NCBI GenBank assembly: GCA_008690995.1
Contig: VRMN01000014.1
Location: 62,001 to 126,000 of the forward strand
Reading direction: 5' to 3'
Length of the DNA: 64,000 nt
DNA from: Porphyridium purpureum
Lineage: Eukaryota
In this document: positions 30,305 through 39,260 of the stretch, piece after piece
How the letters are laid out: each line of letters opens with the position of its first letter
Numbering within the stretch: the first letter of the stretch is position 1
Position numbers and translations under genes: made by a program
Notes under the pieces: model-generated
Database searches by the model: none
What the model was told of the DNA's origin: nothing
What the model saw: the letters and a program-made list of their open reading frames with translations, nothing else

Positions 30305-31145
30305 ACACTGTAATTGTCTGTCCTCGTCGAGCGTGTTCACCACTGCGTTAGTACTATTAGGTTGGCTCGCAGATGCTCCTGCTGGTCAGAGCTTTTCGGC
30401 TAGTGCAAGCGAGACATGGTCCAGGACGCCTTGCAAGTACTCTGATGGCCAGGAAAGACACACGCCGCCGTCAGCCTTTCTGGCATTTCGGGTTTTGTCG
30501 GAAGCTGCAGACGCGTGGGCATGAGAATGCCCGCCCGTGGTTTTCGCGCTCTAAGTTGTGGAACAACTTATCGAGCGCGCAGTCCCGGGACCCCTGCTTG
30601 ATGCGCTCGTATCAACCTGCACCTTACTGGGACGCACGCCTCTCTCTGCGCCGGGCACTTCCCGACGTTTCATTCACGGGGGGCTCGCTGCTCGAACGCC
30701 AGTCTCGCGCAGTTCTTGCTTCTGGCGGAAGGGCCGAGCCGGGCGTGGGCGTGTGCTTGTGTAGGCGCGCGTGGGCGCGCTTGGAACCAGTCGAGAACGA
30801 GCGCGGCCCCGTGCGCCGAACGCGGCCTGCGTACGGCGCGCTCCTCGCGCAGTTGCGTCGCGGGCGGCGGCGGCGGGCGCGATTTCGCCACCGCACGTCG
30901 GTACAGCGCGCGCGCACGGCACTGTACCAGCGGCGCACGTTGCGCCGCGCGACCGGCCGGTCCGGCGCGCTGCGGGCCCAATGCGGCGGGCGCGCACTGG
31001 CTCGATAAAAGCGCGGCGTGCAGAGCGTGAGAGGAACGGCAGAAGCGGCAGAAGCGGCAGGGGCGGCGCGAGATCTCAGGCCATTCGATCGGGAGCGTGG
31101 CGGGCAGGGCAGCAAAGGGCAACAGGTGCAACATTGTGCGGCACG

Positions 31146-32426
31146 ATGGCGTCCAAGGGTAAGGTGGTGCTGGCGTACTCGGGCGGCCTGGATACGTCCA
31201 TTATCCTCAAGTACCTGCAGGAGGAAGGCTACGAGGTGGTGTGCTACATCGCCAACGTCGGGCAGGACGACGACTTCAAGGCCGCGGAAGAAAAGGCCAA
31301 GCTGCTGGGCGCGTCTGCCGTGTATGTTGAAGATCTGCGCGAGGACTTCATCGTGAACTACATTTTCCCGGCCATCAAGGCGAACGCGATCTACGAGTCG
31401 CGCTACCTGCTGGGCACATCGCTGGCACGCCCTTGCATTGCCAAGAAGCAGATTGAAATCGCCGAACGCGAGAAGGCACAGTTTGTGGCGCACGGCGCCA
31501 CGGGCAAGGGGAACGACCAGGTCAGGTTCGAGCTGACCTTTTACGCCCTCAAGCCGGACGTCAAGGTCATCGCCCCTTGGAGGGACGAGGTCTTCACCAA
31601 GCGCTTCCCTGGACGCACTGCGCTGCTCCAGTATGCACGCGAGAAGGGTATCCCAATGCCGGCCGGTGACAAGCCGCCGTACTCGATGGACGACAACATC
31701 ATGCACATCTCATTTGAATCCGGCGAGCTCGAGAATCCGGCGACTGCGCCATCCGAGTCCATGTATCGCAAGACGCTGCCGATGGACAAGTGGTTGGACG
31801 AGCCGCAGACGGTCCGCGTCGAGTTTCGCGACGGCGTGCCGATCAAGGTGACCAATCAGGCGACAGGCCAAGAGGAGACCAGCCCAGTGCCGCTATACCT
31901 GATGCTCAACGAAATTGCAAAGAACCACGGCATTGGTCGCATTGATATTGTGGAGAATCGCTTTGTCGGAATCAAGTCTCGCGGCGTGTACGAAACGCCC
32001 GGCGCCACAATTCTGCGGTGCGCACACTTGGACATTGAAGGCATTGCGATGGACCGCGAAGTGATGCGTCTGCGTGATATGCTGAGTCCCAAATTCGCAG
32101 AGATTGTGTACAATGGCTTCTGGTTCGCCCCGGAAATGGACTTCCTCATGGCGGCTATGCACAAGGCGCAGGAGCTGATCGACGGATGGGTGGATGTGCT
32201 GTGCTACAAGGGGTCGTGCATGGCTGTTGCGCGCTCCTCGCCCACGGCACTGTACAACGAAAACATCGCGTCCATGGAGACTGTCGAGGGATACAACCCA
32301 GCTGACGCAGGCGGCTTCATTGCGATCAACTCCATTCGCCTACGCGCGCACCGTGAGATCGTCATGAAGACGCCGCAGGATCGTCTGGCGAGCTCGTCGG
32401 TTTTCCGAGGTGTGACTTACCAGTAG
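31146..32426 (+). CDS. ASS1: Argininosuccinate synthase
   Basis: KVVLAYSGGLDTS, YLLGTSLARP, HGATGKGNDQVRFE, IDIVENRFVGIKSRGVYETP. Confidence 0.98.
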   Translation: MASKGKVVLAYSGGLDTSIILKYLQEEGYEVVCYIANVGQDDDFKAAEEKAKLLGASAVYVEDLREDFIVNYIFPAIKANAIYESRYLLGTSLARPCIAKKQIEIAEREKAQFVAHGATGKGNDQVRFELTFYALKPDVKVIAPWRDEVFTKRFPGRTALLQYAREKGIPMPAGDKPPYSMDDNIMHISFESGELENPATAPSESMYRKTLPMDKWLDEPQTVRVEFRDGVPIKVTNQATGQEETSPVPLYLMLNEIAKNHGIGRIDIVENRFVGIKSRGVYETPGATILRCAHLDIEGIAMDREVMRLRDMLSPKFAEIVYNGFWFAPEMDFLMAAMHKAQELIDGWVDVLCYKGSCMAVARSSPTALYNENIASMETVEGYNPADAGGFIAINSIRLRAHREIVMKTPQDRLASSSVFRGVTYQ

Positions 32427-32714
32427 AGACGGGCATAACCTGCTCCTCGGGCTTGGGACAGGAGTATGGTCCACGCGGCGCGATCGTGCAAGACCGTACA
32501 GCACGCAGACATGTAGAGATGCTCATCGTGTTCATTTCCTCGTGCCTGGCCGTGAGACAAGTAAACGCCCATTTAGATATCATCAACACGGCTGCCGGCA
32601 TGGGAAGATGAAGAGATCAAAACGGTGGAACAATGACGGAAAAAAAAAAAAACCCCCCGCGAGAAAAAACCAACAGAGAAAGTGGAATAGATATTAAAGG
32701 CATTGATGTGGCGT

Positions 32715-33428
32715 TCATTGTTTCAGTTGCGAGTCAAAGTCAGACACGCCTAGATATTGAATGGAGCCAGGGGTTACGCGGTACTTGCCTGCTCGACCGA
32801 CGCGGTAATTGCTGTTCTGGTTGCTGTCCCAGTTGTCCAGTTGGTCCAGAAACGCAAACTCGAGCTTCCGCGCCTGAACGCGAATGAACCAGTGATTCGC
32901 CTCCACACCATACCTGCGCAGCGCCACTCCTGGCACGGGTGTCCAATCGCGTTCCGCATCCTTGCGATAGATCATTCGGCACGTCAGCCAGAGCGGTGAG
33001 CTTTCGTACTCAAGTTCGATAAAGAGATCCTGCATGGCAGCGTCCGCGCTGGCCTTGTCGCACGCGGCCACGTCTGCGTCGCGGATGCGTTCATTGCGCC
33101 CGTCGCCGACAACATAAGCACCGCTGTGCGAGATGCAGTAGTGCGAACCGTGGTTGTTGTCCCACGCCTCTCGGTTGCCGTCGCACAGCACAAACTTGAT
33201 CTCGTGCGCGCGGCATACGAAGACACGATGATTCGCGAGCGAGTCGCCCTGCGGAAGTCTCGCAGCTGCGAGCTCGAGAGCCTCGGCCTGGGATGGGTCT
33301 AGCCACTCACCGCCATTCAGCGAGTACACGATGCGCGTTTCGTGCCACAGTGGCGCGTAGTGGAAGATCTCGATCCATCCTTCGCCCGAGTCGGCCTCTT
33401 TCAGAGGCACGGAGCTCCCTTGAGCCAT
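32715..33428 (-). CDS. Non-catalytic protein with two tandem CBM25-like starch-binding modules
   Basis: Two ~95-aa repeats: WHETRIVYSLNGGEW...IKFVLCDGNREAWDNNHGSHY and WLTCRMIYRKDAERDWTPVPGVAL...LEFAFLDQLDNWDSNQNSNY. They resemble the CBM25 pattern (HYxxxxGxWTxxPG...FNNGxGxWDNNxGxDY). No catalytic domain. Confidence 0.7.
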   Translation of the reverse strand: MAQGSSVPLKEADSGEGWIEIFHYAPLWHETRIVYSLNGGEWLDPSQAEALELAAARLPQGDSLANHRVFVCRAHEIKFVLCDGNREAWDNNHGSHYCISHSGAYVVGDGRNERIRDADVAACDKASADAAMQDLFIELEYESSPLWLTCRMIYRKDAERDWTPVPGVALRRYGVEANHWFIRVQARKLEFAFLDQLDNWDSNQNSNYRVGRAGKYRVTPGSIQYLGVSDFDSQLKQ

Positions 33429-33663
33429 GCTTCTGCTCGCGGCGAGCTGCAAACGACGATCGGCGCCGCGCTGGTTCTCCGCGCTTGCGAACTCCTCCCC
33501 TCTCTCCGCTGCCAGTCTCACATCCGCGCAGGAAAAAAGTGAGCGCACAGGCCGAATAATGACCGCGAGCCGAAATGGCGTTTGACCGGTGTCGCTAGCG
33601 ACCAGTCGGTAGGCGAGAGAGCGAGAGGCGGAGCGTGGGATGGATATGGCGCGCGCCGTTTTA

Positions 33664-34304
33664 CTAATCCTTGCGCAAACCTGCGACAAACGCGCCGGCC
33701 GTGGCTTGTTCTGGCACCGTCGCCTTGGTTGTGTCAATATTGCTGGTGCCTTCCTTGTTGAACCCAAGCGTCTCGGCGTCAGCGGGCAGCATCAGATTGC
33801 TGGCCACACAAAGGCAAGCACACAGGAACATTGAAGCGTCAGCACGGAGCATCCGGATATGTCCGCACATTCGCGCAACGCATGACGAAGCAGATGGCGA
33901 AGCAAATGGCGAAGCAGATTGGAAAGACGGGAAACGGTCGGTGGCAGAAACACAGAGCACAAGGTTGGGTCAGCAGTGATTCCAGTGATGAACACGTTGT
34001 CAGCCAAACCGGACGCCGAACTGGCCGTCCAGGCCGCGCAAATCGGACGAGGAGCGCGCGCGCGCGAGCCCTGCCTGCGATGCTGGCAACCACTCGCCGC
34101 ACGGGCGCTCGGGGCAACTTACTTTTCCATGCGGCACTCGAGGTAGGTCTTTGCGAGGTCGCGGCACTGCGCGGTGACGCTGCTGTGCGCGCGCAGGCAC
34201 GCCTCGTACTCGAGCGCGAGCCGCGAGCAGTCGTGGAAGTGGTCGAGCGGGAAGCTGCCCTTGAGCGGCGGCCGCGGCGGCTGGCGCTTGGGCGGCGTTG
34301 ACAT
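33664..34304 (-). CDS. COX19: Cytochrome c oxidase assembly protein COX19 (twin CX9C), two exons: 34304-34123 and 33799-33664
   Basis: PPLKGSFPLDHFHDC-x9-CL...C-x9-CRME; intron GTAAGT...GCTGAC...CAG (34122-33800); exon 2 continues NNLMLPADAETLGF...FVAGLRKD*. Confidence 0.9.
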
Positions 34305-34344
34305 GCTGCGCGCGCGCGCGGCAGCAACGCAGTCAGCCCCCACA

Positions 34345-34367
34345 GACACACACACACACACACACAC
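34345..34367. repeat. (CA)n microsatellite upstream of COX19, probably in a 5'-UTR intron
   Basis: acacacacacacacacacacac; on the minus strand it is followed by GCTGAC...GCAG immediately before the ATG. Confidence 0.7.
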
Positions 34368-34423
34368 CCGCGACGATCCGCCGCACCCGTTCTCCGCAGA
34401 AACACGCGAAACACCGCGCAGCA

Positions 34424-34523
34424 GTACCTCTGCAACAGTACCCCGTTGTCCTCCACTGAACTCCGCTGAGCGCCACTGTACTACAGTGTACTCCGCGGTG
34501 TACCGTAGTGTACCCCGCTGTAC
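34424..34523. promoter_or_regulatory. Phased GTAC cluster in the COX19/CP12 divergent promoter
   Basis: GTAC at 34424, 34438, 34478, 34488, 34500, 34510 and 34520. Confidence 0.6.
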
Positions 34524-34737
34524 CGCGGGCGAGATTCGTGCGCGATCTGCGCCGCCAGCCGCACGCGGTGTGGCGCGGCGGCTACCGAAACGGGGCCGTT
34601 TTGTGATTCCGCGCGCAAATATCCGGCGCCAGCGTGCGCGCGTGCGCGGGACGGAGCAGCGGGGAGAGGGATCGGTCGGTGGAGTGTGCGGGGACAGAGA
34701 CTGGGAGAGACATAGCGTTCGTGGGCAGCGGGCAGAG

Positions 34738-35065
34738 ATGGCGTTTGTGACGGGAGTGGCAGCGGTGGGCGCGCGCGGCGTGGTAGGTGAGCCGCGCGCC
34801 GCGGCAGGGCGCCGCGCGCGTCGCGGCGCGCGTCGTGATGATGTCCGATCTGCAGCAGAAGATCTCGGACGCGATCAAGGGCGCCGAGGAGGCCACCTCC
34901 AAGTTTGGCAAGGGCTCCAAGGAGGCCGCCGTCGCGTGGGACACCGTCGAGGAGCTCGAGGCAGAGGCCAGCCACCAAAAGGCTTCCAACGCCAAGAAGG
35001 ACCCGCTCGAAGAGTACTGCGACGACGCGCCAGAGGCCGACGAGTGCAGGACCTACGACAACTAG
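34738..35065 (+). CDS. CP12: Calvin cycle regulator CP12 (C-terminal Cys pair only); transit peptide out of frame by one base
   Basis: AVAWDTVEEL and DPLEEYCDDAPEADECRTYDN. The MAFV-starting transit peptide at 34738 is in a different frame from the mature part; the shift is near 34785. Confidence 0.92.
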
Positions 35066-35399
35066 GGCGATCGCTCGCGCCCGCCTCATCATGTCTGGAT
35101 CCCATCGGTGACGGCACAACCCTGCCGCTCGCAGGTCGCGTATCGGAGCGCCGTTCTTGCGAGACAGAGGACCTGCGTCGCGCTGCACGTCGGGTCGGTC
35201 CAGGAAGCTGCGCCAAACGTGCACGGCATGCGGTCTTTGAAGTGGACAGAGGCGGGCCAAGAGAAAACATAAAGATTTGTCGCAACAAAATAAAATTTTA
35301 GTGGCAACTTGCCTCGCTTTATCTTACGTATTAACGGCACGCTCTAGGGCCTTGAACTTGGAACATCTGCTTCCGGCAAAGGTAAGTTCGAGCACAGCC

Positions 35400-36521
35400 T
35401 CAAGAAGCCGCAACGCGACGCGTCACGTGCGTTTCAACAAAATCGCGAAGGATGGGGTTGACCCGTTCGGGTGCTTCGTCCATAGGGCAGTGCCCAACTC
35501 CCTCGAGCTCAACAAAGCCCACGACCTGATCCGACAGCTCCGCGAGAGGACGCCCCAGTGCGATGGGTTCGAACGTGTCGAGCTTGCCCCATATCAGCAG
35601 TGTTGGAATTCGCAGTTGCGGAATCAAATCCTCAGGCAGCGGTCCTGTGTCATAGCTTGTAAACGCAAGAAAGACGCCCAACGCGCCCGGGTCTCTTGCC
35701 GGTGCTTGTAGAATGCGAAGGAGCTCGTCGTCTACGGCGTCATGCACCGCATACGCCTTGCACATGATGTTCCGCAGCGTCCGGTCTTGCTGGATCTGGT
35801 TAAAGAACAACTGGCCTATCCCGGGACGCATCAACATCCACATGAGGATCGGCGCTCCAATGTTCGCAAGCCAACTGCGCTTGCGCACATGGAGCAAGCG
35901 CAGCGACGTGTCGAGCTGAACCAACCCGGCAAACATATCCTCGCGGTCTTCCTTCGAAGCGTCGACGGCGGCCTGAAGAGCGGCAACTGCTCCAATGCTG
36001 TTTGCCACCAGCGCTACACCCGGCGACCGAATCACCTCATCACAAAACTCGCGCAGCTGTCTGGACCACGTGTCGAACGTGTAGTGCAAAGGCACGCCGT
36101 CGGCATCTAGCGAACCCGGCGCTACTTTCTCAGACCGGCCGAATCCCAATAAACAAATCGCATAAACTCGGAAGTGCGTCCCCAAATCAGGCAGCGTCTT
36201 CCGCCAGTGTCCCGCACTGGCGCCAAATCCGTGCACGCACAAAATCGCCGGCGCGTTGTGGTTGGCAGAGCCGGCAACCGTGTAGCCAACCTTCAGACCG
36301 CGATGAATCCATACTTTCTCCTCAACTTGCGCAGGTCCTGAGGAGACCGCCTCTGCCTGTACTCCACTAGAACTGCCGCTGTTCGACCCTGCTGCCGCAT
36401 CGACCTGCATGCACGCGCACAAACGCCGCAGGGCCCGCACGGCAATCACCACTTGGCGCGTCCGCGCGATTTCACCGCGGCGTGGCGGACATAAAGCCCC
36501 GACTGCGCTCACAAACGCCAT
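35400..36521 (-). CDS. Plastid-targeted alpha/beta hydrolase (pheophytinase-like subfamily)
   Basis: MAFVS transit peptide; CVHGFGASAGHWRK, ANSIGA nucleophile elbow, LLIWGKLD, GHCPMDEAPERVN. Confidence 0.88.
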   Translation of the reverse strand: MAFVSAVGALCPPRRGEIARTRQVVIAVRALRRLCACMQVDAAAGSNSGSSSGVQAEAVSSGPAQVEEKVWIHRGLKVGYTVAGSANHNAPAILCVHGFGASAGHWRKTLPDLGTHFRVYAICLLGFGRSEKVAPGSLDADGVPLHYTFDTWSRQLREFCDEVIRSPGVALVANSIGAVAALQAAVDASKEDREDMFAGLVQLDTSLRLLHVRKRSWLANIGAPILMWMLMRPGIGQLFFNQIQQDRTLRNIMCKAYAVHDAVDDELLRILQAPARDPGALGVFLAFTSYDTGPLPEDLIPQLRIPTLLIWGKLDTFEPIALGRPLAELSDQVVGFVELEGVGHCPMDEAPERVNPILRDFVETHVTRRVAAS

Positions 36522-37253
36522 TCTCACCTACTGCGCTCCTTCCTGCTTGGCCTGCTGCTGTCGACGCAGCGCACGATGTGGATGTTCGTGAGGAGTGGAA
36601 GCAGCCGAAGCGAATGTTCTCACGCGTCCGCACACCAGGCACATTTCGTGTGAGGAGCAGGCTACGTGGAATGGAGGAGCGCGGAGCGTGGTCGCGCGTG
36701 CACGGAGCAAGGTCACCGATGGCCGTCCAGTCTTAATGACCTAGCCAGACCCCGCCCATTCAAGTGAATTTAGCACGCTCTTTCGGAGAGCGAGGGACGT
36801 GCGTCCGGCTCCGCAACGCCAGTTGCTCGGCAGGCGCGTGTCCGCACGCACGCGCTCTTGTAATTTCACGGGATTCTAGGGCGAAAGCTCAGAAGGGCCG
36901 CCAGGCCGTATCGCATGGGACAGTCTACGCATTTGGTTTAAAGGATAGCGCACACGCCTACCGAAACAACACTTTGACGCGCGGTCAAGCACGTGCAAGA
37001 GCGGCACCCCTGCGCGCTCCCCACGCCGGCGTGTACCGCTTGAGCGAGTGCGCCACTTTGTGCTACGCTCCAGGTTGGGGCCAGGAGACGTTGGGCGCTC
37101 AACACCGACTACTCATCTGACAGCAGCCGCGTCACTTTCTGTGTCATCCCCCTTCGCACTCCTCACACGTACTCGAGTGCATTTCCGCAGAGGCAAGCGT
37201 GCGGCTGAGGAAAGACGACGACGTTTACGCGAGCATTGCGTTTCGTGGACTCA

Positions 37254-37865
37254 ATGGGTGCGAACGCCGGCGCACTGCCGCGCGCGCTCGTGGTGGCAGG
37301 CCCGTCGGGCGTGGGCAAGGGTACCCTGATCGCCCGACTGAAGGAGAGGCACGGAGCGCACATGGGCTTCTCCGTGAGCCACACCACACGCGCGCCGCGC
37401 CAGGGAGAGAAGCACGGCGTTCACTATAACTTCGCGACGGTTGACGACATGAAGGCACAGATTGCTCAGCACCACTTCATCGAGTGGGCCGAGGTGCACG
37501 GTCGCTACTATGGTACTAGCGTGCGTGCTGTTGAGAGCGTACGCGAGCAGAATAAGCTCTGCATCCTTGACATCGATGTACAGGGTTGCCGCTCCGTGCG
37601 CCGCGCGCAGCTTCCGGCGGTGATCGTGTTTGTGAGTCCGCCATCGATGGAAGAGCTGGAGCGCCGCCTTCGGAGTCGCGGCACCGAGTCCGAGGAACAG
37701 ATGCAGACGCGCCTGGCCACGGCGGCGGCTGAAATGGACGCACGCAACGAGCCAGGACTTTTTGATATTGAAATCGTGAACAATGACCTGGACTCCGCAT
37801 ACTTGCAGCTCGAAGAGATTTTTGTCAACGAGCTCAAGCGCGCCGGCATTGCTGAGAACGACTAG
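37254..37865 (+). CDS. GUK1: Guanylate kinase
   Basis: GPSGVGKGT P-loop, FSVSHTTRAPRQGE, EWAEVHGRYYGTS, ILDIDVQG, LERRLRSRGTE. Confidence 0.96.
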   Translation: MGANAGALPRALVVAGPSGVGKGTLIARLKERHGAHMGFSVSHTTRAPRQGEKHGVHYNFATVDDMKAQIAQHHFIEWAEVHGRYYGTSVRAVESVREQNKLCILDIDVQGCRSVRRAQLPAVIVFVSPPSMEELERRLRSRGTESEEQMQTRLATAAAEMDARNEPGLFDIEIVNNDLDSAYLQLEEIFVNELKRAGIAEND

Positions 37866-38093
37866 CTGAATGAGCATCTCGCCAGTAAGCCACAACAGCT
37901 CATTCGAACACACAATACAACACATTTGATGACGCGAGCTTCCGAGTCCGCACGGCCTAGCTTTTACTTTTGTACACAGCGAACGCGACAGCAATGGTGG
38001 AAGCAGCAAGAGAGATGAACGGATAAATTGATATTCTCGGGTCGCCGGGAGTCGTCTCGCCGCGCTCGCGTCCCCATATACTGCTGGCCTTCG

Positions 38094-38678
38094 TTAAGAC
38101 TGCAGCCCGAGAAAATCTTCTCGCATCGAGCCCGTCGCAGTGATCTCTGTTGCTTCGATCTTCAGGCCGATGATCTTGAGTCGCACGCAGCTGAGCGCCT
38201 TGATGACATCGTACGCATTCCCGCGGCTTTGAAATCGCACCTCGCCGCCTTCTGTCTTGTACTGCATATCCTCCGGCAACAGATGGTGCGACACAAAGAT
38301 GATGAGCGGGCCAGACTCCGCGAAGAAGCCGTGCTGCGTGACGCGCGTCACGTGAGCGTCCACACACTCGCCCTTGAACGGCCGAAAGACGAGTGCCTGA
38401 AAGCGCACTGGGAAGACGGCCATGCCGCTCGCCGAGTCGATCTCTCCCGGAGGAAGCTCCGAGCCGCGCGCTGCGCCCGAGCCGAGCGCGCCGTCATTCC
38501 CGAGCAATCGTAGGCCCAGGCACTTCACCTCTGTAATGGCAACCACAAAGCCGTACGCGCCGAGGAAGCGACCCTCGACGTCTGTGAACAGGCGCTGCTT
38601 GATCGTAGCGCGAATGTTCTCGCTGAAATACACCGGCGGCACGCGGACGTTGTGCGACAGATCGAGCAAAAAGTACAT
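38094..38678 (-). CDS. RPB7: RNA polymerase II subunit RPB7
   Basis: MYFLLDLSHNVRVPPVYF...DVEG...GFVVA...FRPFKGECVDAHVTRVTQHGFFAESGPL...TGSMREDFLG. Confidence 0.93.
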   Translation of the reverse strand: MYFLLDLSHNVRVPPVYFSENIRATIKQRLFTDVEGRFLGAYGFVVAITEVKCLGLRLLGNDGALGSGAARGSELPPGEIDSASGMAVFPVRFQALVFRPFKGECVDAHVTRVTQHGFFAESGPLIIFVSHHLLPEDMQYKTEGGEVRFQSRGNAYDVIKALSCVRLKIIGLKIEATEITATGSMREDFLGLQS

Positions 38679-38847
38679 GGCGCCGGGCGCCTCACGGCGT
38701 GCACGATCCCACCGAAAGGCCACGTGCGCGCGGGCCGGGGCCAGGCTCGAGCGCGCGCAGCTCTGCGCGCTTCTCCTCAATGTGCGTGGCGCACTCCGCA
38801 GCCCGTCGCGCCACGTCCCCGCGCGCTGCCGCCTCCCGCAAACCTGC

Positions 38848-38924
38848 CGGTACAGCGCAGCGGTACAGCGCAGCGGTACAGCGTAGCGGTACAGCGTAGC
38901 GGTACAGCGTAGCGGTACAGCGTT
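38848..38924. repeat. Tandem 13-bp repeat (CGGTACAGCGYAG) x6 in the RPB7/kinase divergent promoter
   Basis: GTAC cores at 38850, 38863, 38876, 38889, 38902 and 38915, plus an inverted CTGTACC at about 38929-38935. Confidence 0.9.
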
Positions 38925-39260
38925 CCGGCTGTACCGCCGCGCGCGGAAAATCGCGCCGTTTGCGCGAGCGAGGCGGCTCGCGCGTGGCTGCGCGGTCGAC
39001 AAGCACGCCACGCGCCGGAGGCCTTGCGCGGGCTCGTTGGAACGTTCTCACTCCGGGCGACGGCGCCGTGCGCGCGAGGTACCTGCGCATTTCTGCGGCG
39101 CGTCGCGTTCTGGGCCTGCGAGTCGCGCGTGCTTGGAAACGGCGTGCGGAACCAACGGGCCACGCGGCGCGGCGGGCAGCTACACGCGCTTGCGACGCCC
39201 TCCCCTCGTGCGTGAAACAGTGGGCTGGGCCGTCGCGCGCGTCGTGCTTACCTGTCTCGC

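Noticed and set aside
9976..38678. Co-location of NELF-B-like, Spt20-like and RPB7 as a transcription gene cluster
   Set aside because: They are interspersed with many unrelated genes; chance co-location in a compact genome is sufficient.
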